Positions 13,068-25,934 of a stretch of DNA of 64,000 bases are shown one piece after another. The stretch spans positions 120,652,001 to 120,716,000 of the forward strand of contig OX597815.1 in assembly GCA_951406725.2 (NCBI GenBank). The letters run 5' to 3'. Under the pieces are notes generated by a model. It saw nothing but the letters and a program-made list of their open reading frames with translations. It was not told the origin of the DNA and made no database searches. Made by a program: the position numbers and the translations under genes. This stretch comes from Octopus vulgaris (lineage: Eukaryota). The first letter of the stretch is position 1; each line of letters opens with the position of its first letter.

Positions 13068-14696
13068 CCCTTTTAGATATTTCTTTGCTGTAAGGAAATG
13101 GAAGGATATGATGATTTACGTCGGGTCCTCCGTCAATACTAAAGTATTTTGTAGCAACAGTTACGATTTAACGTCGAAATGTTCAAGGAGGTAAGAGGTA
13201 ATCCACTTTATACTGATAATTACTTAATATTATGAATCCTTTCCTTATTGATAAACAGAACAATAGAAGAAACTCCAACTAGTGAATAAAGAAATTTTAT
13301 TGGATAAAAATTGTCATGTATCAACGACACTTGCATGGTTAATATGTATAACCGCTTCATTAAGATACGAAAAAAAATCAAAATAGTTATTCAATTAGTG
13401 AACGTGCAACAATTCGATAAAAATCACAGGTTAAAACTGCAACAAAAGGGATAACGTTTTTGATAATAAATATAACTTTATTCCCAGTTGTCATTTTAGT
13501 CATTAAAGCTAACTCCTTTTTTTATGTAACTGTTTGATTTTTAAGCAATTACAAATATATATTATTTCCATTAAAGTATACAAGCAACAATTGTTAAACA
13601 TGTCAAGAAAGGTCAACTATTCTAAGTCATACAATGTCTGCTTAACATCACTTAACATAAATTATGTGCAGCGGCTAACGTCTCTGTGAACGCTCACATA
13701 CATACATAAAACTACAGTTGATCTTTTAAAATCATCTGTGACTTTTGGGTCACATTTCATCAATGCTCACGTATGGAATTACTAGCTATGTTTAACAATG
13801 GCTTAAATTTAAAGCCGTTTATACTGTGTTGCTACTCATTCATTATTCATGGTTTCTTAGGGCATAATTTTAAACTTTGCTTTGCTTTATTACTTCGCTA
13901 TTCTCCACCCCTTTCTTTTGTATATCTATTACTAAATGAAGGTTTAAATTCCTTAGTCACTTCTCGAGATTACACTCCAAGAAGTGGAAATAACTTCAAC
14001 CTAGATTTAGAATAAATAAACTTCAAATATAGAATTAGTTAATATTTAAAATCTATAGAAGGGATGGGTGAAAAAGTTAAGTGTGTGTGTGTGTGAGGGA
14101 GAGATTGTAGAAAAGAAGAAATAAGAAAGTAAAGATAATGATATTAAGATAAAGCAAAGAAAAACGGAGGAAAGAAAGAACAAAAGAAGGAAAACAAGGG
14201 TTCGGCAAGTAGGGGCCAAAATTGGGAGAGGTTACGCGGAAAGAGAAGAAACAGCTAGGAGGAAGTAGGAGAAAAGGTGAAAAAGTAAGATGAGGAGAAG
14301 AAATGATTCAAAAGGATTAGATAAACTAAGCTGTTGTCCAAAATGAAATCTTGAATACAACTCAAGTGACGACAGAATTGGTACTGCGTCATAGTAAACG
14401 CACACGGATGTATATTTGTGTAACGTAGAAGCTATTTCCTTTTGTGTGTATCTGGTGAAAAGCAAATATAGAAATTAGCACTCCTTCCACAAACTAGAAT
14501 TTTTTTTTCTCTTTGAAATTAACAGACTTCTTTGTCTTATCATATTGGTTCTCATGGCATCTGAAGCTTTCACTGCAGCAACCAAACAATCGTTCCCTAA
14601 GGGGCGCTCCTACATTTATTATGCTAGTTTTATATCATCGGCCTTAATACTTCCGGCAGTAAAAGTTGTAGAATCTAATCTCTCTCTCTCCCTCCC

Positions 14697-14732
<36 letters not shown>

Positions 14733-14742
14733 GCTATATATA

Positions 14743-14804
<62 letters not shown>

Positions 14805-14953
14805 AGGGCTACGGATGTCGTTAATATACGCTCACCGAAAATGTGATGCCTGATAAGTGTCATGCAAGAGTTATGGCTATTTCCGTCTTTTAAATCAGTA
14901 TATATATGTGTATATTTACTTTTAGAAAGTTGTACTATCTTCGGACTTGCTGC

Positions 14954-15010
<57 letters not shown>

Positions 15011-15067
15011 CATTATTATTATTAATATTATTATTAATATTATTATTAATATTATTGTTGTTGTTAT
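14954..15067. repeat. (ATT)n microsatellite
   Basis: Seen directly. One of dozens of (TA)n, (CA)n, (GA)n, (TACA)n and (ATT)n tracts in the window. Confidence 0.95.
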
Positions 15068-15992
15068 TTGTCTATAAATGAGAAAGGAAATGGGCCTTAG
15101 AAAGAGGTAATAACATTATATAATATTAATACTATTATATTTTGAAGGTACCCGTTAAAATTCGATAGTTAAATCATTTTAAACAGTAGTTTTTATATGA
15201 TCTATGCATTTAACTTATTTGTTTTCTATAAGAAATATATTTTAGAGTTTCGGAAGTGTATTTGCCAAACAAGTGATCTGGTCTAAGACCGTGTGTAGAA
15301 GCTAAAATAATTACAGCAAGAAAGACTCATATTAGCTATTCAAAAACACACAAAGACTTAAACATTTATTGTCTGTGTGTTTATAAATGGCTAACATGTG
15401 TCTTCCACGTTGTAATTGTTTATATTTTAGAGCATATCATGGAACCGTTGACAATTCATGATGAGCAGCAGATATCAGAAAACTGGAGCACATTATTGAT
15501 TTGTTATATGAGGCATAAGATATTCTATTTTATCTGGCCCTCGAAGGACGAAAGGCAAAGTTGAACGGGGCGGAAGTTGAACTGAAAACGTAACCTGAAT
15601 TCATTTTCTTTCTGACATTCATTCAGGTGGAGGAGAGGATGCCAATACAATAACTTTCAGCAATATACTTACTAAAAGCAATTCAGCAATTTATACGTCT
15701 CTTTAAAACGTATTGTCATTGTGCTTAGTCGAAAGTAACAACAAACCAATTATGTTGACATCATAGCCAATTCAACTGAAAACAATTTATACATTCAGTC
15801 TTTGAATTAGACCAATACTGGCAAGGAACATTTGGTTTCCATGTTAGACAATATTCATTTCAAACGCGACTGCCACTCTTCATCTAATGTCATCTCATTC
15901 TCTTTACAACCGCAGACACACTACATGACAATCAGTTTACATGTCACTCACGAAGTTTGAATGCAACAAACTCTACATACACTCATACTCGT

Positions 15993-16048
<56 letters not shown>

Positions 16049-17364
16049 CATGTATGTATGTATGTGTGTGTGTGTACACGTGTGTGTATGCATTTATATG
16101 TATGCATTGTCTGTATTTATATGCATATATATATTAGATATATTTTATATACTTTGCATGCACTCCATATATATATATATCGTTTGGTTGATTGCAGTAA
16201 TACAAAACACAGATCTGATTTATCCAGGTGTATGCTATTAGGTTTTCATTAATTTGTTTTGTTCAATCTTTATAGAATTACTTAGTGAAAAATATACTTT
16301 TCTGAATAATATTTCTTGTGTATTATGTGAATTCCATTTCTGTATGTCTGTCTTTACAGTACCCGATGGTTGATACTACAGGGCACTTTTAAGAGTTGGT
16401 AGAAATGGTTGAGTCCCAAACATTATGGTTTTTGCATCTCGGTTCAAACTCCATCGGAATAGACTTAGTGTTTCATTCCTTTGTAATCAGTAAGTTAAAG
16501 GGGAACGGATCCGAGAAAACTTGTTTTGGTCTTCGTCGGCAAATAGTGGACACAAATTGTCTGACAGAGTAAAATAAATAATTATATGGTGAAGCGGACT
16601 AGGTTGAGATGAAGGAGGTGGAAAAAGAGCTTGACTTTTGGTTAAAATCCTACGTAAATTAAATTCGGTATGTGTTTGTGTGGTAGCATTGAGGGGCACG
16701 TACTGTTTGATTTAATCGATTGTATTTATCCCATACAATTCTGTGGTTTGTACCAATATTTAGAAATCAATATTTGGCGATTGTCGCCGAGCTATAAAAA
16801 CCTCTGTCAAGTGGAATCTCAGACCTGGTTTCCAATCCTGCATGGAGTAGTTTTATTTCACTCACACACCTAAATAATATGTAGACCTTGTTTTGCTCCC
16901 AAAGTAGTAACCTTTATGTTTGTCCAAAAGAGACCAGTTTAACAGTTCTTATAACATTTGTGTATCTTACAGATCTTCTGTAGCAGAGTAGATCTATGGT
17001 TACTTGCATTCCATCCTATATTTTTATTCAGTCACATTATATACAGGAATATATTATCAGATGTGTCCTAACATTTTAAAAAGACGTTACCGTTTGACTT
17101 GACTTAGAGTTGCTTCCGATTTCTGTCCAGCATGTCACTGTCATGTTATGGCATAATTCGCCAAGCGCGCGCGCGTACACACACACAGATTTACCGAAAT
17201 TGCTTGGGCTCAAACTGGAGCTATGACATGAGAATATTCATTAGTTTATATCTGAGTTGTGCAGGGCAGACTTAGGCGATTTCAGTATTTTTAGTTTTTA
17301 TCTTCTGGGACGTAAGGTAATCCTATATATATATATATAGGATAACCATATGTATAGGAATCAG

Positions 17365-17446
<82 letters not shown>

Positions 17447-17522
17447 ATAATAATAAAGGGTAAAATTAATTAGTCAATTAATAATTAATAATTTAACCAG
17501 GTAGTTCAGTATGTAACATTAT

Positions 17523-17707
17523 ACAAAAATTCTATAATTATAAGCATAATTATAATTAGGGTTCAGCAAAAAATTGCTTCACCACATACCGAAATTTAGA
17601 AATAGCAGTTAAATATCATTCCACTACCATATTTCTAAATTTCGGTATGTGGTGAAGCAATTTTTTGCTGAACCCCCTAATTATACTTATAATTGTAGAA
17701 TTTTTGT
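17523..17707. repeat. long inverted repeat (perfect 46-bp core arms)
   Basis: 17559-17604 is the exact reverse complement of 17630-17675 with a 25-nt spacer. Pairing extends imperfectly ~35 bp outward. Confidence 0.95.
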
Positions 17708-17822
17708 GTGTATACATACATACAACGGGAAGCTTTATGAAAATAAACAAAAGACGAAGGCAGGTGGAAAACAAACGAACAATTGTATTAGTATGGCGCT
17801 CAGGAAATATAAATAAAACAAG

Positions 17823-17860
17823 TCTTTAACGTTTCGAGCCTACGCTCTTCAACAGAAAGA
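17823..17860 (-). ncRNA. minimal hammerhead in the PLE pLTR
   Basis: ucuuu-CUGUUGA-A-GAGC-guag-GCUC-GAA-ACGU-U-aaaga. All stems pair; core has A6U. Confidence 0.75.
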
Positions 17861-18029
17861 TACACAGAGAGAGAAAAACACAGAAAGAAGGAGAGAAAAA
17901 AATGCGTGCAGTAGCTAACGAATCAACATGGCGATCTGATTTCGGCCAGAGGTCAAAGATCAAACATGAGACGCGAGAGCGAAATAAGGGGAGATAATAG
18001 GGTTGATAAAAGGGTTGAGGGACCAGCTA

Positions 18030-18092
18030 ATAGTGCGTAGGAGGGGTCTGGATGTGTGTATGTATAGGGTTGGTGTATGTATTAGTATGTAT

Positions 18093-18127
<35 letters not shown>

Positions 18128-18355
18128 AGAGAGTATTAGTGCGTAGGATTGGTCTGGACGTGCGTATGTATGGGGTTGGTGTATGTATTAGTATGTATTA
18201 GTATGTATTAGTACGTATTGGTATGTATAAGTGTGTGTGTGTGTGTATGAGAGAGTATAAGTGCGTATGCGGGGTCTGGACGTGTGTATGTATTAGTATG
18301 TACTAGTATGTATTAGTACGTATTAGTATGTATTAGTTGGTGTGTGTATTAGTAT
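18030..18355. repeat. composite tandem repeat in the PLE 3' UTR
   Basis: Three ~110-bp units starting agtgcgtag...gtctgga, each containing (tattagtatg)n and (gt)n. Confidence 0.85.
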
Positions 18356-18669
18356 GGCACATCATATGTGATGTGATGTGTAAAGTCATGTGGTGTAGTG
18401 AGGAGAAGAGGGGGAGGGGGAGAAGAGGGGGGAGAGAAGGGGAGGGGAAGAAGAGGGGGGAAGAGGAGAGGATGGGGTAGGAGGGGATGAAGGAGGAAAG
18501 AGGGAGAGGGGGAGAGAGAAGGGGAGAGAGGGAGTGAGGGAGCAGAGGGAAGGGGAAGAGGGAGGGAGAAAGAGGGAAGAAGGGAAGGGGAGTAGGGGTG
18601 AAAGGATGAAGGACTGAAGAAGTAGGGGTCGGGGGGAAAGTATAGGTGAGGAGGGGGAGAGGGGGGTTA

Positions 18670-19308
18670 GATGAGGAGGGGGAGAGTTGAGACCAAATGG
18701 CGTATAAGAGCGAAGAGAGAAGATTAATTCCTGTTCACGGCGCAAACGGGAATCCGGATGGCCTCTGTGTAAGGACAAACCGAACACAGATAGGTGTTGC
18801 AAGGAGTGACCGGTGGAGCGGAAATGGCGTGAGACCGGTGTGTCGTTCGCAAGGTGGATGTCACGAAGGTGTTCCGCGAACCGGTCAGCCAAGCGGCGTC
18901 CCGTTTGTCCGATGTACAAGGAATTGCAGAGAGAGCAAGAGATGCAATAGATAATATTGCTGGAGGTGCAGGTGAAGGAGTGGATGATAGGATAGGGTCG
19001 ATGGTGGGTGCTAGTGAGGCGGGTGGTGTTGGAGAGGTAAGGGCAAGTGCGGCAACGTGGGTGGGAGCAGGGGTACGAGCCGGGTTGGGAGGTAGGGTCA
19101 GGGAAGGAGCTATGGACCAAAAGGTCTCGAAGGTTGTGGGCTCGTTTGAAAGAGGGGAGGGGTCGGTTAGGGAAGAGGTGTGAAGTGGACGGGTCGGACT
19201 GGAGATGACGGAAAGCTCGAAGAATGGTGCGTTGGAGACGTAGGGTCGTGGGGTAGTAAGTGAGGGGAAAAGGGAGGCGGGAGACTACAGGGCGGGTTCG
19301 GGGAGAGA

Positions 19309-19310
<2 letters not shown>
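18670..19310 (-). pseudogene. Penelope-type GIY-YIG endonuclease C-terminal fragment (no RT, no true start)
   Basis: NLRDLLVHS...CSHPRCRTC...FTCTSSNIIYCISCSLCNSLYIGQTGRRLADRFAEH...VSRHF...RREQELIFSLRSYTPFGLN. The frame is uninterrupted. Confidence 0.93.
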
Positions 19311-19405
<95 letters not shown>

Positions 19406-19543
19406 AAAGAGAGAGAGAGATCATCGATGTATCTTATATCCGAAAAAGAAGCATACTCTAAAAAAGAGAGCAGCAAAATAATAAGGTTAATGTCTGGTCA
19501 TAGAGGGACCAATGGTTTCGCATCCGCGAAGGCTGTATATATT

Positions 19544-19753
19544 CTTTCTACTATAAGCACAAGGGCTGAAATTTTGTAGAGAGGAATAAGTCAGTTTCAT
19601 CGACCCCAGTGCTCAACTTGTACTTATTTTATTCATCCGAAAGGACGAAAGGCAAAATTGACCCCGGCAAATTTGAACTGGGCGTGTTAAGATCTTGAAG
19701 AAATGCCGCTAAGCATTTTGTCCGGCATGCTGATTCAGCCAGCACGCCGCCTT
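19544..19753 (-). mobile_element. SINE family A
   Basis: Full-length reverse-complement match to the family consensus. Confidence 0.85.
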
Positions 19754-19778
19754 TATATATATCATATACATACATAAA

Positions 19779-19820
<42 letters not shown>

Positions 19821-20354
19821 CGCGCGCATATGTGTACGTACATTACACACAAGCACGAACATGCTCTCTCAAATACATAAACATATTCATAGTTCGGTGC
19901 GGGCTGACATTTAATATAGTGAGTTAAAAATAATGTTCACTAAATTCACTTAAGTTCACTTAAGTCTGTAATGAAATGGAAAAATCATTTGTGCTAATGA
20001 TAATTACTTTCAAGAAACACAAGATAGAACTTCGAAATAACGAGTGATTAAAAACTAAACGGTGAGATATAACGAAAGTGGTTCTGATTTTCGTTGTGAT
20101 ATTGTGATAACTCTGGATATGTTTCAGTGTTATTAGCCCTCGTCAACTAATTATAGTCTTTTCCATATAGCTAACCAGACGTCAGAACGACTTTGTGCGA
20201 AAATCATACAAATTAGACAGTTTAAAACAATGTCACTGAAAAATTTCTGGATGCCTTTTGAATGGCGGTCATATAGTGAAGTGCAGGTTACAATGAAGTG
20301 AAAACAATAAAATAAAAGGAATGTATAATGAATTTTCAAATCAGATAATTCTAA

Positions 20355-20558
20355 TTTTGACACAAAGACTGCAAATCTAGGCGGGGGGAAGCTAGTCGAT
20401 TACATTGACTCCAGTGCTCAACTCGTAAGTTATTTTACCAACCCCGAAAGGATGGAAGTAAAAATCGACCTCGACGGAGTCTGATCTCAGAACATAATGC
20501 GGGAAGAAACGCCGCCGAGGATGTACTACGCACAAACGATTCTGTAAGCTTACCACCT
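20355..20558 (-). mobile_element. SINE family A, diverged
   Basis: agtcgattacattgactccagtgctcaac...accccgaaaggatg...tcgacctcg. Confidence 0.8.
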
Positions 20559-21208
20559 TTTGTAATTCGAATAATACTTAATAAATATTTATTAGCATAT
20601 TCTTCATGATAGTTATGAAGTCATTAGCTTGTGATTAAAAACATTCAGTCATAGAGGTGGTTTTCTTTCCTCCCTTCCTTCCTTTCGACACATTTTGTAA
20701 GTAAATCTGGTCAAAAAGCTTAAGACACTCTCATCAAATTTAATTCCTTTCATCTATTATTTCAGACTTGTTTTACCGGCTCATGGTCTATGTACATATG
20801 TATGTTCATATATATATATATATATATTCACTATATCCACTGCAGTGAAGGATGCATACGCGTATGTGTGTCTCTGCGATACAATATAATCTTTCGTTGC
20901 AATGGGAACCCAATGACATTGCCCTACCAGTGAAAGAATTACATTTTTTATTGTTTCCGACAAATCCCCGTTTGAAAGTTACCTTTCTTTCCTTTTTTTT
21001 TACCATCTACTTACTTGGTTTAGCCTAACCTTCAGCCCCCCACCTTCTTTTATCCTTGAATGGTAGTGTGTGTGCGCGTGTGCGTGTGTGTGTGTGTGTG
21101 AGTGAGAGAGAGAGGGAGGGAGAAGCACACGCTAACACGTACAAGCACACGCATATTCACATTCGTACCTGTACATACCTACCTTACTGATGATATTTTA
21201 TACATACA

Positions 21209-21254
<46 letters not shown>

Positions 21255-21428
21255 TCTGTCTCTCTCATATATATATATATATATATATGAATGAGCAACA
21301 CAGTACACACGTACTTGCACATTTACGCACACACACCAAACAGTTTAGGGGTCAGCAGTTTTATTAAGTATGCTATTGTTGTGAATCCAGTAGATTGTTC
21401 CTTTACTGACTCTTGTTTCCCACGTCAG

Positions 21429-21668
21429 GTGTTCAAGAAAATACCATCAGGACCAGTGGCGGTGGTGGTGGTGGTGGGGATGTGTCGGTTGGTGATATAC
21501 TGACTGCGGTCAGGGTGAAGGGTAGAGGTACATTACAGTCGAGTTTCTTCTATTGCCTGTTAGAATTGCTTCCCTTTAAAATATCACTAATGTTCTTCAA
21601 CAATACACGAGTCTCGCAACTTCCCATCTCCATACACAAAGGAGCTGTTTTGACAATGAATGCAAAAG
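21429..21668 (+). other. candidate host exon (240 nt, unknown gene)
   Basis: Branch-like tactgac, pyrimidine tract and cag|G at 21428; AAG|gtacat at 21668. One frame is open (VQENTIRTSGGGGGGG...MNAK). No recognisable domain. Confidence 0.3.
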
Positions 21669-22207
21669 GTACATTCGTTTGTGGTAGTACTCGACCTCAC
21701 TCGGTTTCAGTACATGTTTAATGTTGTTAGGCATGGGAATTATAATAACTTCATCGTTCTTTACAAAGTTGCCAGGCTTCATGCTTATTATATAAGGAAC
21801 AAAACGCGGAACCGTTAGCTTTCCGAACGAAATATTTAGCGGCGTTTCTTTTACCGTTCAACTGTCGACTTCGCCTTTCGTCCTTTTCGAAGTCGCCGAA
21901 ATAGTACCATTCAAGTTTTGGATAGGATATAATCGGCTAACCCATTTAGCCTAAAATTGCTGGCCTTGTACCTAAATTTCAGACATTTATATAAATATAA
22001 GTTACAAATGCGTCATTAAAATGTGTCGATGCAAAATGGTTTGATAATATTCAAAACTGGTGCCGTACTTTTCTGAGTTCTTATCCTGCTGAAGTTGCCT
22101 TTATCTCTCAAACGTCAGGAATCAATGGCCAAAAAATACTGAACCAATTAACTTTTATTTAATAAATAAGGGCTTTTGGCATTCTGTTTAACTGTCTCTC
22201 TCTCTCT

Positions 22208-22335
<128 letters not shown>

Positions 22336-22355
22336 GTACATACTCTTTTATTTTT

Positions 22356-22724
22356 TAACTTGTTTCAGTCTTTGATTGCAGCCATGCTGCCGCACCGCCT
22401 TTAGTCCAACAAACCGATCCCAGGGCTTATTCTTTGTACATACATACTTATTCTATCGGTTCTTTTTGCCAAACCGCTAAGTTACGGGTACATAAGCACA
22501 CCAACATCGGCTGTCAAGCGATGGTGGTGGGGGACAAACACAGACACACAACTAAATATATACATACATATATATAAACGACGGGCTTTTTGCAGTCTCC
22601 GGCTGCCAAATCCACCCAAGGCTATAGGAGAAGACACTTGCCCAAGGTGCCACGCAGTGGGACTGAACCCAGAACCATGTGGTTGGTAAGGGAGCTTCTT
22701 ACCACACAGCCACTCTTGGGCCTA
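22356..22724 (-). mobile_element. SINE family B, full length (~370 bp)
   Basis: tRNA-like head (gtggctgtgtggtaag...ggttcagtccc), internal microsatellite, and 3' tail cagcatggctgca...actgaaacaagt. Confidence 0.9.
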
Positions 22725-23473
22725 TCCATCTAAAACTTTCACTAAACATCAATCTATTCCCTGTGAACATTTAATTGACATTTGTTGCTTTTTTTTTGCT
22801 TTTTTATTCATTTTTCTTTCTCTCCTCTCCCTCTACTCCCTCTCTCTCTATATATATTTAGTGAGAAAGACAGACAGACAGAAAGAGACATACATACATG
22901 CATACATACATACATTCATACATGCATACATACATACACACACACATACATACATACATACATACATACATACATACATACATACATACATACATTGATG
23001 CATGTGTGTGAAAACGTTATAGTTTATCCTAGATCAGCTTTGATAAAGCAAGCCCCTGTGATTGAAGGGATTTTTCTGACATAACATCGTTAACCCTTAC
23101 TTTAGACTATATGTCCAGCGTGTTGCTCTCATTTTCAGTATCGTAATATGAGATTTAAGTAGGATTTGGTTGCTATTTCCAGTTTATTTAGAGAGTACAT
23201 AGTAGTTCGCTTGTGGTCTCGTGTATGTATGCATGTATATATAAGTATGTATGTAAGCAAGCATAAAGTTATGTATGTGCTTGCATGCATGTAGGTATGT
23301 ATGTATGTATGTATGTATGTATGAGTAAATTCTGTCTCCATGTGACTTAATGATTATTATAGGTTAAATGGCTGCATTTATTCACATTGAATTACATTTA
23401 TATTACTGTTATCTCTCTTTGTATATGGTGTTTATAAATTATGGTTCAATATTTTAATATTTTAGAGGCTGAG

Positions 23474-23965
23474 GGCGGCGAGTTGGCAGAATCGTTAGCA
23501 CACCGGCAAAACGCTTAGTGGCATTTCGTCCGTCTTTACGTTCTGAGTTCAAATTTCGCCGAGGTTGGCTTTGCTTTTCGTCCTTTTGGGATCGATAAAA
23601 CAAGTACCAGTTGAGCACTTGGGTTGATTTAATCCACTTAACACCCCCGCGCCCACGAAACTGCTCGCATTGTGCCAAAATTTGAAACCAATGTTTTGGA
23701 GGTGTAATCGAGGTTTGAACAACAAATGCTTATGTGCAGCGAGCTGGCTGAATCGTTAGCTTGTAGGATAAAGTATTTGCAGCATTTCTTCTGATTCTTT
23801 ACGTTCTGAGTTCAAATGCTTCGGAGGTTAACTTTGCCTTTCGTTACTTCAGGTTCGGTAAGATAAAGTAACACTAAAGTACTGGTGTCGATAAAATAAA
23901 GTAACAACTCAAGTAGTGGAATCGATATAATCGACTTAACCCTCCCATCAAAAATTGCTAGCCTT
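23474..23965 (+). mobile_element. two tandem SINE family A copies (23474-23690, 23738-23965)
   Basis: Both start ggcgag(c/t)tggc..aatcgttagc and contain tttacgttctgagttcaaat. Confidence 0.88.
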
Positions 23966-24051
23966 GAACCTCGCAACGGACCTGCGTCTCGTTCAGGGAC
24001 GAATATCGTGATCTCGGTCACTTATGCACCATGGATTCTGAGCAATTGCCT

Positions 24052-24432
24052 CAGCACTGGATTAACTATTAAGCAAAATAAGCATGTGCTTAGGGCATCA
24101 AAGGAAGTGGGGGCACCACAGAAATGGTAAATGGTTTATGGCACAAAAGAAATCACTTTAAACTTGCTAAAATAATATTCGGGATGCCTTATCTCTACAA
24201 AGAATAGAATCAGGCGTTTTACGTAAGATTAATTTTGAGAATCTCTTCAAAGATTTTGCAATTAAAAAAGATAAGAGAAAACTTTGCAAATATAAATAAA
24301 GTGGAATACAAAAATAAATTTTGAACGATGAAAATTTATTTTATGGTTTATCATTGTTTACATTTCGAATTATGTATGGAGGCACCAAAATCATTTGAGT
24401 GCGTAAGGCCTCTATGGGTCTTAATCCGGCTC
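24052..24432 (+). mobile_element. internally deleted hAT transposon
   Basis: Ends cagcactggattaa / ttaatccggc. 24183-24299 translates DALSLQRIESGVLRKINFENLFKDFAIKKDKRK, resembling the hAT C-terminal dimerisation region. Confidence 0.75.
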
Positions 24433-24611
24433 AAGACTGGCCTAAGGCTCGAGAGAGAAAACGAACAAAAAACTTAATTATGAAGGTCATGTAAAAGAGA
24501 ATTAAGTGTAGGCACGCAATGAAAGTGGAACTTGCGCCTCCACACAACGAAGACTTGTGGAGCAAAAATGAATGAAATTAGTTAAATAATAATTATACGT
24601 ACCCTTCTTAG

Positions 24612-24866
24612 TGGAGGCACATGGCCTAGTGATTAGAGCAGTGGACTTGCAGTCGAGGGATCGCGGGTTCGAATCTTAGACCAGGCGATGTGTGTGTTTA
24701 TGAGCGAAACACCTAAGCTCCACGACTTTCTCTCGCGCTTTCCTCCTGCATCTAGCAGCTCACCTGCAACAGACTGGGGTAAATTTCAGGTGGAGAACCT
24801 ATACGCTAATGAAACCGGGGAAACTGACCCTTATGAGCCAGGCATGGCTCGAGAAGAAACAAATAG
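24612..24866 (+). mobile_element. tRNA-derived SINE (family C)
   Basis: A box tggcctagtga and B box ggttcgaatct; acceptor stem does not pair. Tail gaaaccgggg...ggctcgagaag is also seen at ~24440. Confidence 0.75.
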
Positions 24867-25227
24867 CAACCCTTCTTATATCCCAGGAACATTTTATCGA
24901 TTTGAAATGGAGAAAGAACTCGAAATAAATGAATACGCGTGTAAATTTTTCAACAAGCTCACTATATTGTGGTGCGAACACGACTGTGTGGTTAAGAAGC
25001 TCTAGGTTTTTAGTTCAGTCCCACCGCACAGCACCTTGGGCAAGTGTCTTTACAATAGACCAGGGCCGGCCAATGGCTTGTGAGTGAATTTGACCAACAT
25101 TATATTCCTACCTCCATTAGTAGAAAGGATATATGCCTCTGACCAGCAGATCTGACGGGTCGCTTATGTTGCTAAGAGTATAACAGATGCGAGTATAATA
25201 GGTGCTAAGAGTATAATAGGAGTATAA

Positions 25228-25301
25228 AGACTACTTTCTGACCAGCCATAAGCAGTGATTACATAGACTACTTTCTGACCAGCCATAAGCAGCGATTACA
25301 T
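25228..25301. repeat. 37-bp tandem duplication
   Basis: agactactttctgaccagccataagcag(t/c)gattacat twice. Confidence 0.95.
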
Positions 25302-25436
25302 TAAATGTGTTTGTGTTTGTGCGTGTGTCTCTCCACACCGCTTGAAAACCGGTGGTGGGAGGGACAAAAAGAAATGCGAAGGCACGCACACGCACACACG
25401 CACACACGCACACCTACACACACACGTATGTGTTTG

Positions 25437-25486
<50 letters not shown>

Positions 25487-25519
25487 TATGTGTGCATGTA
25501 TGTATGCATATATATATGG

Positions 25520-25848
25520 GAGGGAGACCCGCTTCGGTCATGAATGACCATGGGATTGCACCTAGAAAGTTACCCTCCGAGGCACAAGTCCGGGCAAGGT
25601 TGTTTATGGAAGGCAAGCAGTCGCCCATGCATATCAGCCTCCCTTCTCCACACCATTGATGTTATCCAAGGGAAAGGCAAAGGCCGATACACCAGTGATG
25701 TCGCAACTCATTTCTACAGCTGAGTGAACTGGAGCAACGTGAAATAAAGCGTCTTGCTCAAGAACACAACACGCAGCCCGGTCCGGGAATCGAATTCACA
25801 ACCTCACGATCGTAAGCTCGACGCTCTAACCACTGAGCCATGTGCCTT

Positions 25849-25850
<2 letters not shown>
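25520..25850 (-). mobile_element. tRNA-derived SINE (family D)
   Basis: Minus strand gaaggcacatggctcagtggttagagcg...gaattcgattcccgg...ttgagcaagac...ccagttcactcagctgtagaaatgagt has good A and B boxes. Confidence 0.85.
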
Positions 25851-25930
<80 letters not shown>

Positions 25931-25934
25931 TACA

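Larger units (their letters stand above)
17720..19310 (-). mobile_element. 5'-truncated Penelope-like retroelement (GIY-YIG end, 3' UTR, pLTR with HHR)
   Basis: GIY-YIG ORF fragment, purine tract, tandem repeats and HHR in the expected order, bounded by (TA)/(CA) microsatellites. Confidence 0.88.

Noticed and set aside
13108-13216. C/D snoRNA or rRNA-antisense element (ATGATGA...cctccgtcaat...CTGA)
   Set aside because: No convincing terminal stem, the rRNA-like match is short and imperfect, and it is not placed next to a D box.
18386-18669. Pro/Ser/Leu-rich C-terminal tail of the 312-aa ORF as real protein
   Set aside because: It reads through a low-complexity pyrimidine tract after the usual PxGLN end of PLE endonucleases. 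The ORF start is also in a microsatellite.
24613-24686. tRNA gene
   Set aside because: A and B boxes are present, but the acceptor stem does not pair and SINE body sequence follows.
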